Below, in pieces: positions 54,701 to 64,000 of a stretch of 64,000 nt of DNA; position 1 is the first letter of the stretch, and each line of letters starts with the position of its first letter. Origin of the DNA: Terriglobia bacterium (GTDB taxonomy: Bacteria; Acidobacteriota; Terriglobia; JAJPHL01; JAPKYU01); the NCBI GenBank assembly GCA_965206645.1, contig CBDBKE010000004.1:1888001-1952000 (forward strand), written 5' to 3'. The notes beneath the pieces are model-generated. The model was given only the letters and a program-made list of their open reading frames with translations, did no database searches and had not been told where the DNA came from. The position numbers and the translations under genes were made by a program.

Positions 54701-54816
54701 TTGCCGGACTCTACCAAGTGAACGCTCGCGTTCCCGCCGGTCTCGAGGCCGGCGCGCAGCCGCTGGTGATTACCAGCGGTCTCAGCAGCAGCTCCGTGAC
54801 CCTGGCGGTCGAATGA
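51790..54816 (+). CDS. Secreted protein: nidogen-like, zincin-like, Ig-like and TIGR03437-like domains
   Basis: GFSFTFYG..VNSDGNLTF, IAPFFDDL, QEAGHRW, VNGASF, APLFFVSPGQVNAQVP, GLAPGFAGLYQVN. Confidence 0.85.
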   Translation: MTVVLRWVTCSVLVLFHVLAGGPAAFTANGSDAAGERGYRCGTSDWGVLNSLGREALRKLQLQRQGHFQTLARQQTASADVGDIAVLDDDGTLLVQANAFDLANRSLRFTPTGTGYQIAAGDAALDTAAAAAGTVLTLADDDTQEIPLGFSFTFYGNTYTSVFVNSDGNLTFTGGDVATTPRDLSRFLTGVPRIAPFFDDLNPAEGGQVTYSAEAGRFVMSWTDVPECCLPAITPKSTFQVALFPDGRVEFAYGTVSANDAVVGISPGAFTGAAEIVDLSATDGTETIELPIAEVFSSRTLLSEVAVANRFYTTHEDAYDFLVMWTNFPVNLGQNVFAFALSIVNSTSGIGRPTFDFAEALGSEGRLSTLVMMGDLDKYPADPTQVIQSVPPNDTLSVLGQEAGHRWLVHFRYPFLTDPSSTILLGRDLAHWSFFFNSEASVVEGNEIRDNGDGTFTTTDAVRRYGSFEQYAMGLLAAGEVPPSFVVPDPDRPAFGHRPEIGVTFSGTRLDVTVEKLIEANGSRLPTAVVDQKNFSFAFILINARGSTATSEQIAKLETLQQQWEQFWAEATGGRSQANTRLVRALSFGGLPAAVAPGAQATVSLRTGSPADELRTFTLASSAPGVASVPSAVTLPAGTREVEFQVIAGASGVARITATAPGFETAEGALSVAEPAAVELTAISGGGQMGPQGATLAEPMVVEAREPNALPVAGAEVRFSATGGAIVAPAEVTTDAGGRVQTSVTLGSSVGTLTITASLVGLDEARAAFTATALTRPQVPEGSAVNGASFAHAPAPVSPGSIISIFGTSLAPETQQATSLPLPTMLGNVTVRINEIAAPLFFVSPGQVNAQVPFAISGTSATVTVDNGTLPSASITLGIAPAVPGIFTLSQDGTGPGAVLHPDGSLITVTSPATVNGVVAIFRTGLGSVTPAVESGQPAPLFPAATTLPPPQVTIGGELAEVVFSGLAPGFAGLYQVNARVPAGLEAGAQPLVITSGLSSSSVTLAVE

Positions 54817-55547
54817 ACCCGACGAAGCTCAGATTCCTGGCGATTACTGCGCATCCCGACGATGAAACCGGCTCGTTCGGCGGCACGCTGGCTCTCTATG
54901 CCGCTCGCGGGGTTGCTATAGATGTGGTGTGCGCCACTCGCGGCGAAGCCGGGCGCAACCGCGGCTCGGCCCGTACGCGCGAAGAACTGGCCAAGATGCG
55001 AATTCGGGAGTTCCATCAGGCTTGCGAACTGCTGGGCGTTTCCTGGCACGAGATCTGGGACTACCCCGATGGGGGGCTGAACTGCGTCGGCTTCCTCGAT
55101 CTGGGGCTGCGGCTGTGCCAGGTGATCCGCCAGCGCCGGCCTGCTGTGGTGTTGACTCTGGGGCCGGAAGGTGGTTTCACCGGGCATCGGGACCACGCGG
55201 CGATTTCCCACTTTGCCATCTTCGCCTTCCATGCGGCCGGACGCCAGGAGCTTTTCCCGGAAACAGGCCAGCCACACCAGGCTCAGCGTCTTTACTACGC
55301 CACCGGGCCCAAATCCCTGGCCGGCTATCCCCAGGTCTGTTTTTCTCCGGTGACTGTCGAGGTCGATATTTCGGAAACGTTCCAGCGCAAGCTCGAAGCC
55401 TTCCAGTGCCACCACACCCAAGCACCGCTGTTTCCCCGCTTCCGTGCAGCTGTTCAGCAGGTTGGTCCCCGGGAATGGTTCCACTTGGCGGCCGCGAATG
55501 CTGCTTTGCCGCCAGGGATGGACCGCGACTTGTCCGTCGGACTCTAG
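54813..55547 (+). CDS. PIG-L family deacetylase (MshB/BshB-like)
   Basis: AHPDDE, ATRGEAG, YPDGGL, GHRDH, HHTQ. Confidence 0.9.
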   Translation: MNPTKLRFLAITAHPDDETGSFGGTLALYAARGVAIDVVCATRGEAGRNRGSARTREELAKMRIREFHQACELLGVSWHEIWDYPDGGLNCVGFLDLGLRLCQVIRQRRPAVVLTLGPEGGFTGHRDHAAISHFAIFAFHAAGRQELFPETGQPHQAQRLYYATGPKSLAGYPQVCFSPVTVEVDISETFQRKLEAFQCHHTQAPLFPRFRAAVQQVGPREWFHLAAANAALPPGMDRDLSVGL

Positions 55548-55658
55548 CCGGACTCTAGTAAGCTGCTCGAATTTCTACCGTCTTGCCAAGACCAGCCCGG
55601 GGGGGACTCCGCGCAGTTCGTCCCGGCAGCCAAAGCCGGCAGCCAAAGAACGCGGGGT

Positions 55659-56864
55659 GTGACTCCCCTGGCGGTTCCTGCTATCCTGCTACCCCTTCCT
55701 ATGGCCTTCGACAAAGTTCGGCTTGACGGACCAGAAAGGGCAAGCGGCTTGCCTGGAGTGCTCTTGTTGTTCTTGCTTCTGTTGCCCGTCGAATGGGCGG
55801 CTGGCGCGCCGGCCGCGCGGGCTGAGGACGAGGTGTATGTCTATGACTTGTTTGTCGAGGGAGCCAATTGCGGAACCGTGCTGGCTCGCTTGAAGGAACT
55901 TCCCCTGCGGCCCACCCTGATCCTGAGCATCGAGCAAGGAAAACGATTCGTGCTGGATGATCCCGGAGGGGAACGGTTGCTGGCCTGCGTCCTAGACCAT
56001 CTGCACGGCTCCGACCGCACGGTGAAGGCCATGCTGCTGCAAGACCCCTCGTTTACCGAGCGCACCGGGGAGGCCGTGAGGCGCGCCGCGCGGCTCGGGC
56101 AGTTCATGAAGCGGCATCCCGGTCGGCTGGCAGGCGCGCACATAGACGTGGAGCCCTACACCACCGAAGACTGGAAATGCGGTGATGCCGAGGAGCGCGG
56201 GCGCCTGGTGCAGGAGCTGCTTCAGTTATTGAACCTGGTTCGCCAGCAACTCCGCGGGCTGCCGCTGGGCGCGGCCGTCCCTTGGTGGTTCCCGCGGATC
56301 AGCGACGAGGTTCCCGAAGCCGCTCCCGAAGCCCTATTCAGCGCAGCAGACGAGATTTATCTAATGACCTATGGGGACAAAGGGGGACCGGTGGTGGGAG
56401 GTACGGCCAACCGAGTGCTGCGGCGCGTGGACGCCCCGGAATTTTTCTCCGGCACCGGGCGCATATACATCGCCCTGGCCAGTTACGAGTTTCCCTCGGC
56501 GGCCGACCTGGAGACAACAGTGGGAACTGTACACCAGCGCCTGGACAGGCACGCGAATTTCGCCGGCACGGCAGTCTTCCACGCCGCCTCCGTCTCCAAG
56601 GCCCCTTTGCTGCGGCTGGTATCCGGCCAGGTGGTGGACGAAGCCGGAGAGGGCGTGGCTGGCGTCAACATCGATGCCGGCGAAATCCGAAAACGCTCCA
56701 ACAAGTGCGGGAAGTTCGTGCTGCGCGGCGTGCCGGAGGGGCAAGCGGAGCTGATCCTGGAAAAGGAGGGCTTCCGCACTCGGAAGCTTCCCATCCGCCT
56801 TGCCGGTCCCGGCCGGATCCGGGACCTGGGAAACATCGTCCTGGAAAAGAGCCCCGGCTTTTAG
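55659..56864 (+). CDS. Hypothetical secreted protein: glycoside-hydrolase-like barrel plus carboxypeptidase-regulatory-like domain
   Basis: GAHIDVEPY, DEIYLMTY; C-terminal VSGQVVDEAGEGVAGV..GKFVLRGVPEG..EKEGF. Confidence 0.65.
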   Translation: MTPLAVPAILLPLPMAFDKVRLDGPERASGLPGVLLLFLLLLPVEWAAGAPAARAEDEVYVYDLFVEGANCGTVLARLKELPLRPTLILSIEQGKRFVLDDPGGERLLACVLDHLHGSDRTVKAMLLQDPSFTERTGEAVRRAARLGQFMKRHPGRLAGAHIDVEPYTTEDWKCGDAEERGRLVQELLQLLNLVRQQLRGLPLGAAVPWWFPRISDEVPEAAPEALFSAADEIYLMTYGDKGGPVVGGTANRVLRRVDAPEFFSGTGRIYIALASYEFPSAADLETTVGTVHQRLDRHANFAGTAVFHAASVSKAPLLRLVSGQVVDEAGEGVAGVNIDAGEIRKRSNKCGKFVLRGVPEGQAELILEKEGFRTRKLPIRLAGPGRIRDLGNIVLEKSPGF

Positions 56865-56884
56865 TTGATATTTGACCTGCTCTT

Positions 56885-59245
56885 ATGATGCTAGCAGCTT
56901 TGCGTCGGGCCGCAGGTTCCTTGAGAACCCGAGTGGCTCGGCTTGGCCGGGGCCTAACTGTCTCCGTGTCAGATAAACCCGCCCTTCCGGAAAACCACTC
57001 CACCTACAGGAAGCGCCTTCACAGGGAAATCGAGCGCTACAAGGCAGACGGAAACGTTCATGACCTGCCAGAAATCTTTCACTTCTGGTCGAACAAGTAT
57101 ATCCGCCCAAAAATAGAGGAAGTTATTGGTGTGTCGGGCTTTGAAGAGTTTTATGTGAAATACATCTCCCGGTACGCATCCGACCATCCGGGTGAACCCA
57201 TCGAGATCGCCAGCCTGGGAGCAGGTAACGCTGACATGGAAGTCGGAATAGCGCAGGCCTTGCGAAACCGCGGCCTTATGAACTTCCGCATCCGCTGTCT
57301 GGACATTAATCCAAGCATGCTGGGACGCGGCCGGGAACTCGCATTGCAATCGCAACTTGCGGATCGATTTGAATTTCTCGAGGTCAACCTTGCCCGCTGG
57401 CGTGCAGAGTGCCCCCTGGCAGTGGTGATCGCACACCACAGTCTGCACCACATCGTAGCACTGGAAGAAGTTTCCCAAAACATCCAGGAGGCAATCGGCA
57501 ACAGCGGCTATTTTCTGACATGCGACATGATCGGCCGCAACGGTCACATGCGCTGGCCAGAGGCCCTAACAGTCATCCACGAGATCTGGCGGACCATGCC
57601 TGACCGATATAAATACAACCATCAGTTGCGGCGTTTTGAGAAGATGTTAGACAATTGGGACTGTTCCACAGAAGGTTTTGAATGACCTGCCGGCTTTCTT
57701 CGGACCACCGATTACTGGAGAACAGCGCCAGTCGGCATGGTTAAGTCGCTCTCGTGTTCTTCTTGGTCAGCGTGAGCCGGCATCGCCGGCGAGCGCCCAC
57801 CGTCATCCGAGCCAGCACGGAGCTGCGCTTTGAACTCGGCTGGCGTCAGATAGCCAAGGCTCGAGTGCGGTCGCACGTCGTTGTAGTGCCGTCGCCATTG
57901 CTCGATCCCCACCTTCGCGTCCACGCGGTTCCGAAACCACTGCAGGCTCAGATACTCGTCGCGGAACTTCCCGTTGAACGATTCGTCGGTCGCATTCTGC
58001 CACGGCTTCCCCGGCTCGATGAGCGCGGTTTCGATCTGCGCCTGGAGCAGCCACCGGAGAATCGCACCCGCGACAAACTCGGGGCCGTTGTCGGACCGGA
58101 GGTAACGTGGGGCTCCGTGGACGCTCACGAGCTGCGTGAGCACCTCGATAACGCGCCCGGACCGAATGCCGCCGGCCACGTCGATCGCGAGTGACTCGCG
58201 GGTCCATTCGTCGACGACGGTGAGGCACTTGAGCGTCTGCCCATTCGCGCAGGTGTCGAACACGAAGTCGTACGCCCAGACGTGATTGACCGCAGTGGCG
58301 GGCACCGGGCGGGGCCGGCTCAGGGCGACCCGGCGCCGCGGCCGCCGCCGAGGCACCTGCAACCCCGCCTGGCGCCAGAGGCGATGGGTCCGGTCCGTGC
58401 TCATCGTGTGCCCTTCGCGTTTTAGGAAAATCCGAATCCGGCGATAGCCGTACCGCGGATACTGCGCCGCCAGACGACGCATCGCGGCCAGCGCCGGGGC
58501 ATCCCGGTCGACCAGCCGCGACTGGTAGCCCAGCGTGGACCGTGCGACGGAGAGCAAGGCGCACGCGCGGCGACCCGACAGACCGCGTGCACGTGCATAC
58601 GCGACCTGCGGCCGGCGCACGCGTGCGCCTACCATTTTTTTCGGGTGATCTCCTTGAGCACGTCGATCTCCAGATCTCGATCGGCCACCATCTTTTTCAG
58701 CCGGCCGTTCTCCTGCTCGAGCTGCCGCAGCCGCTTCACATCGGCGGGCTCCAACGTGCCGAAGTGTTTCCGCCAGGCGTAGAGCGTCTGGGCGCTGACG
58801 CCGTTCTTTTTGGCCACCTCCGGAACGGGCCGCTGATCGGCCTCGCGGAGGATCGTCACCATCTGCTCTTCGGTAAACCGGGTCTTCTTCATGGCTCCCT
58901 CGTTTCTCCGAGGGCGCCATTCTCTCAGGCTTCAGCTGGTCCGGAAATCGCCAGGCAGGTCATGAAGGTATTCGATCTCAAGATATCCTCCCTCTGTTGG
59001 TAAAGAATTTCCACTTTGAAGCGTTTGTGGCGTATGGAAATTTGCCAGATATTTTCGTGGACCGCGGGTTTGGCCACAATTGTGATGTTGCAAACGCAGA
59101 AGATACCAACTTTATTGATCGTATTGGAGCATTGAACGACCGGCAGATTAGCGATGGCCTAATCAAGCCGACACAGATGGTTGCGGTCATGCGCGCTTGC
59201 CCGACTGTAGACGGCAGATGCTATAAAGACGAACAAGCTCGATGA
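56885..59245 (+). pseudogene. Class I SAM-dependent methyltransferase interrupted by IS3 species B
   Basis: IASLGAGNAD, CLDIN, HSLHH; reading frame rejoins across the IS (EGFE|GIRSQDILPLL). Confidence 0.88.
57683..58962 (-). mobile_element. IS3-family element, species B copy 2 (1280 bp)
   Basis: Near-identical to 33319-34598; 4-bp TSD TGAA. Confidence 0.97.
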
Positions 59246-59807
59246 TGGCTTCGATGCCTCTCCCGCTGTCGTGGATAAGGAAATCTACCTCCGCGGCCGC
59301 CGGTACCTCTACCGCATCTCAGAAAACTAAGCGTGCAAGCCCCTTCTCAAACGTTGCCAGGGTAACGGTTAGCGTTTACCGATGCTGCCACGCAGCTGAC
59401 TTGGACGTATAACGCCCTTCTCGGAAACTGAGGACCCAGAGTACCAAAACCATTTACTTGATCATTAAGGAACGACTTGGCTGTAATGGGGCCATGCGGA
59501 AATTCCTTGGAGGCGACCCTACTTTATCCAGGCAGAGGCGCTGGCAACTGCGAAAGAAAAGCCAAGGGAAGTGTAGAATCTGCGGGACGAAGGCAGTATC
59601 TCCGGAATTTTCGATTTGCCCTTCCCCTTCGACCAAAAGCATACGCCCGTCGCCCTCCGTGTCAACCTCAAGTCACGATGACCTCTCGTGGTTAGCATCG
59701 CGGGCTTCCGTTGCGGTGGGACCGGCGAACCAAGCTGCGGAAAAGGTTGCCTGCGATCAGGAACGTACGGGAGAGAATCCGGGGAAAGTCTTGGGGGGGT
59801 TGCGAGG

Positions 59808-60161
59808 TTAGTGCATGTCTTCGTCAACGGAAATCTTCAACGCCTTGAGGAATTTCGTGTCCTGGGTGGTGAACCGCAGTCGTCCCGAGGGATTCGTCAC
59901 GCTCTTCAGCGGCTCTTTCTTGATGCTTTCTTCCCGCCGGTTAAATCCGATCTTAGCTTCCAGCACCAGAAAGACGTCGTAGCCGGCGTGCTTGATGTTG
60001 CCGATGACTTCGCCAATCCGCTCAGATTCCAACAGCGATTCGTTGATCGCGTCGCTCATCTCCTTCATCAGCTGCTTCAGCTGCTCGTCCAACTTAGCAA
60101 TCCTTCTCTCGGTAGCATTGTCCCCTTGCGGTCCCGGGGTACCCGCCCCAGCTTCTCCCAT
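59808..60161 (-). CDS. Hypothetical protein
   Basis: LDEQLKQLMKEMSDAINESL...GYDVFLVLEAKIGFN...DTKFLKALKISVD; downstream of ctpA on the same strand. Confidence 0.7.
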   Translation of the reverse strand: MGEAGAGTPGPQGDNATERRIAKLDEQLKQLMKEMSDAINESLLESERIGEVIGNIKHAGYDVFLVLEAKIGFNRREESIKKEPLKSVTNPSGRLRFTTQDTKFLKALKISVDEDMH

Positions 60162-60285
60162 GCATCTTCTGCGACGGTAACCTTACGGTGCAATTCTGTC
60201 AACGAGAACCAGGAGAACTTGGCCCGAGGCGGGCCTTTCACCATTTCCCACCACACGGTTGGATAGATTTCCGGCGGGCAGTTTC

Positions 60286-61884
60286 CTAGCGGTTCAGCTG
60301 TTGCGCCAAAGTGCGCCGAGCGGTCTCCGCCAATTCTTTGGCCTTTGGCAGAAGTTCGATCGCCTTCAACACCTGCCGGTCGGTCTCAAGAACGCTCCGG
60401 TCCCCTTCCATTTTTCCGAAAACCGAAATAAACAGGTGCTGCTTGATGCGCCGCTGGATGGTCTCCAGGTGTTCCTGAACATCCTCTTCAGTGTAGACGA
60501 TCTTCTCCCTATCCAGAAACCGCCGGAACTCGTCCAGCACCGACTCGTCTACCTGGAAGTCCCGGCCTATCGTCTCGTGGGTAGCCAGGTAAAACCTGGC
60601 GAAGTTAAACAACGCGTATTTCCGCCCCAGGGTGCGCAGGAAGCCCTTCAGGGGCGGCGTCAACATCTTCACATCGGGCGTAATTCCGCCCCCGCCATAG
60701 ACGGGGCGCCCGCTGTCGGTCATCCGGATTTGTCGCCCAGGGCGCTCATTGTCATCCGATTCGTCTTCGTCCCGATAATAGTAGTAGTCGTAAAGAGTAA
60801 TACCGGTGAACTCTCGCTGGATCAGGCGACCGCTGGGCGTGTAATACCTAGCGGTGGTTAGGGCCAATCCCGTGTTCTCTCTGAGCGGGTACACGGTTTG
60901 CACCAAGCCTTTGCCGAAGCTGGTTTCGCCGACCACCAGACCGCGGTCGTGGTCCTGCACCGCGCCGGCCACAATCTCTGCGGCACTGGCGCTCTGGCGG
61001 TTGATCAGCACCACCAGCGGATACATCACTCCCCCATTGCCTCGCGCAGCTCGGTAGACCTTTTCGCCCGAAGCGCGTCCGCGGTGGCTGACAACCACCT
61101 GGCCCCGGCTCAGGAACATGTCGGCGACGCTGACGCCCTCCGAGAGCAACCCGCCCTGGTTGCCGCGCAGGTCCAGGATCAGTCCGCGAAGGTTCCTGTG
61201 GTTCAGCTTTCTGAGCGCTTTGGCCAGTTCCCGGCTGGCGGTCTCGCTGAAGCTGGCGATCCTGATAAAGCCGATGCCGGGCCGAATTTCAAAGGCGTGC
61301 TCGATGCTGGGGAGAAGAATCTCGGCGCGGGTAATGGCAAACTCCAGCGGTGCCGGAGTCCCTTCGCGTAACACCAGGACCCGTACAGTGATCCCCTTGG
61401 GTCCCCTCAGCAGTTTCACCACCTCACCGGTGGACAGGTTATCGGTGGGTGTGTCGTCCACCTGCACAATAATGTCGCCGGGCCGCAGACCGGCCTGATA
61501 AGCAGGCGAGCCAGCGAACGGCGCCACCACGATGGTCTCGCCGCCGCGTGGAGCCACCGTCATGCCGACCCCGTAGTACTTGCCGCGCTGCTTTTCTCGC
61601 AGTAATTGAAAGCTCTTGGGATCGAAGAAATCCGAGTGTGGGTCCAGGGTCCGCAACATCCCCTGAATTGCGCCGTGGTAAATTGCCTTCTCCGGGTCTA
61701 CCGCGTCGGCATAGTTTTCCTCCACCGCCGAGTACACCTTGGTGAGCAACCTGAGGTTGGCCCGAATATTGTCATCGCTAGAGCCCGGAGTGGCTTTGAC
61801 TCGCCCCCCGTAGACCCCTGCCAACACGGCGCAGGACAGAATCACCAGCGGAATCGTCAACACGAATCGCCGCCAGCTGTTCAT
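60286..61884 (-). CDS. ctpA: Carboxyl-terminal processing protease (S41A, PDZ)
   Basis: LDPHS, PDZ GLRPGD, LILDLRGNQGG, SASAAEIVAGAVQDHDRG, SFGKGLVQ, ARYYTPSGR. Confidence 0.93.
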   Translation of the reverse strand: MNSWRRFVLTIPLVILSCAVLAGVYGGRVKATPGSSDDNIRANLRLLTKVYSAVEENYADAVDPEKAIYHGAIQGMLRTLDPHSDFFDPKSFQLLREKQRGKYYGVGMTVAPRGGETIVVAPFAGSPAYQAGLRPGDIIVQVDDTPTDNLSTGEVVKLLRGPKGITVRVLVLREGTPAPLEFAITRAEILLPSIEHAFEIRPGIGFIRIASFSETASRELAKALRKLNHRNLRGLILDLRGNQGGLLSEGVSVADMFLSRGQVVVSHRGRASGEKVYRAARGNGGVMYPLVVLINRQSASAAEIVAGAVQDHDRGLVVGETSFGKGLVQTVYPLRENTGLALTTARYYTPSGRLIQREFTGITLYDYYYYRDEDESDDNERPGRQIRMTDSGRPVYGGGGITPDVKMLTPPLKGFLRTLGRKYALFNFARFYLATHETIGRDFQVDESVLDEFRRFLDREKIVYTEEDVQEHLETIQRRIKQHLFISVFGKMEGDRSVLETDRQVLKAIELLPKAKELAETARRTLAQQLNR

Positions 61885-62005
61885 TAACAGATTCTCCTTG
61901 CCTCCCCTCTCGTCAAGCGTGTTTGGGCTCAAATCGGGGCCCTTGCCCCTTGACCAAAGATCCGGAGGTCTGCTGTCAAGCTAACTATATCAATCGTTGG
62001 GTCGA

Positions 62006-63385
62006 TCAGTGCAGGATCAGCCATAGCCAAAGCGCAACAACCACAATGATCGCTACCACAGTAAGTTGCTCGATCAGCGAGAAACCTCTCTGTTTGCTTG
62101 ACCTGCCGGCTTTCTTCGGACCACCGATTACTGGAGAACAGCGCCAGTCGGCATGGTTAAGTCGCTCTCGTGTTCTTCTTGGTCAGCGTGAGCCGGCATC
62201 GCCGGCGAGCGCCCACCGTCATCCGAGCCAGCACGGAGCTGCGCTTTGAACTCGGCTGGCGTCAGATAGCCAAGGCTCGAGTGCGGTCGCACGTCGTTGT
62301 AGTGCCGTCGCCATTGCTCGATCCCCACCTTCGCGTCCACGCGGTTCCGAAACCACTGCAGGCTCAGATACTCGTCGCGGAACTTCCCGTTGAACGATTC
62401 GTCGGTCGCATTCTGCCACGGCTTCCCCGGCTCGATGAGCGCGGTTTCGATCTGCGCCTGGAGCAGCCACCGGAGAATCGCACCCGCGACAAACTCGGGG
62501 CCGTTGTCGGACCGGAGGTAACGTGGGGCTCCGTGGAGGCTCACGAGCTGCGTGAGCACCTCGATAACGCGCCCGGACCGAATGCCGCCGGCCACGTCGA
62601 TCGCGAGTGACTCGCGGGTCCATTCGTCGACGACGGTGAGGCACTTGAGCGTCTGCCCATTCGCGCAGGTGTCGAACACGAAGTCGTACGCCCAGACGTG
62701 ATTGACCGCAGTGGCGGGCACCGGGCGGGGCCGGCTCAGGGCGACCCGGCGCCGCGGCCGCCGCCGAGGCACCTGCAACCCCGCCTGGCGCCAGAGGCGA
62801 TGGGTCCGGTCCGTGCTCATCGTGTGCCCTTCGCGTTTTAGGAAAATCCGAATCCGGCGATAGCCGTACCGCGGATACTGCGCCGCCAGACGACGCATCG
62901 CGGCCAGCGCCGGGGCATCCCGGTCGACCAGCCGCGACTGGTAGCCCAGCGTGGACCGTGCGACGGAGAGCAAGGCGCACGCGCGGCGACCCGACAGACC
63001 GCGTGCACGTGCATACGCGACCTGCGGCCGGCGCACGCGTGCGCCTACCATTTTTTTCGGGTGATCTCCTTGAGCACGTCGATCTCCAGATCTCGATCGG
63101 CCACCATCTTTTTCAGCCGGCCGTTCTCCTGCTCAAGCTGCCGCAGCCGCTTCACATCGGCGGGCTCCAACGTGCCGAAGTGTTTCCGCCAGGCGTAGAG
63201 CGTCTGGGCGCTGACGCCGTTCTTTTTGGCCACCTCCGGAACGGGCCGCTGATCGGCCTCGCGGAGGATCGTCACCATCTGCTCTTCGGTAAACCGGGTC
63301 TTCTTCATGGCTCCCTCGTTTCTCCGAGGGCGCCATTCTCTCAGGCTTCAGCTGGTCCGGAAATCGCCAGGCAGGTCAGGCTCAT
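62006..63385 (-). pseudogene. Short prepilin-like ORF split by IS3 species B copy 3
   Basis: Removing the IS gives MSKQRGFSLIEQLTVVAIIVVVALWLWLILH*. Confidence 0.55.
62099..63378 (-). mobile_element. IS3-family element, species B copy 3 (1280 bp)
   Basis: Near-identical to the other copies; imperfect TSD TGCT/GGCT. Confidence 0.97.
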
Positions 63386-63525
63386 GTTGCTTTTCCACTC
63401 GTTCCCTGCATTCGGGGGGAAGGCAATTTCAATCTATATGCCTGGAAGGTCCATCAGCAACCCTCAAGTTTGATTGCTGAGGTCAGGCCCGCTTGATGCC
63501 CGTGTTCCCTGATTGAAGTAACTAG

Positions 63526-64000
63526 CCGGAATTTCCTTTTTGGCCTTCCGGCGATTGAAAATATACACGCATCTGCGTCCCAGCGAGTACAATGTTTTCT
63601 CCGCGAGGACCATCGGCTCCGAGCGTCCCTTTCGGGGTCCCCTAAAACCGTCCGATCAGCATCCAAACCCAGCTTTTTCAGACAACTCTCCATACCTGGG
63701 GGATAGCGGCATCGTTTTCTTGTGTGCCGTAGCCCAGGCTATCCCGACGGGAGTGCCCATCCATCGATCCGCCCCAGCATGCTGGCAAACAGCCGTCGGG
63801 TCAAATGGCCCTCGGCCAGCAGGAGCCAGTAGTACCGTGCGTGTTTTACGAGCCGTCCTCCGGTTTTCACCAGCCGCTGCTGGAGGCTCGTCAAGGACCA
63901 TTTCTCGATTCTCTGTGGCAGCACTAGCCGTCGCCATAGGTTGCCCAGGTTGTAGGCGATGATCGTCAGCCAAAGCCGTACCTCGTTAGATCGGAACTTG
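63526..64000 (-). mobile_element. IS1380-family element, right end (continues beyond window)
   Basis: CCGGAATTTCC end; transposase C-terminus SLQQRLVKTGGRLVKHARYYWLLLAE, stop at 63739. Confidence 0.92.

Noticed and set aside
55538-55660. Short direct repeats (GGACTCTAG x2, CGGCAGCCAAAG x2) as a c-di-GMP riboswitch
   Set aside because: Lacks the GEMM consensus architecture; probably local duplications
59492-59620. Small ORF with SRQRRWQLR..CRICG zinc-ribbon-like motif
   Set aside because: Only one CxxC and it runs into non-protein-like sequence; at most a fragment and not callable

Overview
GC-rich bacterial chromosome, most likely Acidobacteriota (three large secreted proteins carry the Solibacter-type TIGR03437-like C-terminal domain). 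1-20.4 kb is core genome: cysteine synthase, tilS-hpt-ftsH, pruA, a DegT aminotransferase, a tetraether-synthase (Tes/GDGT-MAS)-like radical SAM enzyme, queG, and an RND pump. 20.6-47.8 kb is an accessory region around tRNA-Leu(CAG). It contains two IS3-family species (5 copies in the window), IS1380 elements, a 2076-bp IS1-like transposon with passengers (17-bp TIRs, 8-bp TSD), a 3.2-kb deletion-collapsed integrative island with intact 59-bp att repeats, a decaying lower-GC branched-chain-amino-acid-type ABC operon, and an integron attC/cassette relic. 47.9-64 kb is mostly core-like (queF, TIGR03437 surface proteins, PIG-L deacetylase, ctpA) with further IS insertions. The best candidate for an undescribed system is a family of ~55-bp sites with an 11-6-11 dif-like core (GGTAAACACTA-N6-TAGTCGGGACC). 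They occur in alternating orientation and tightly package single genes, as pdif modules do. All product calls come from motif recognition by eye; no database searches were run.
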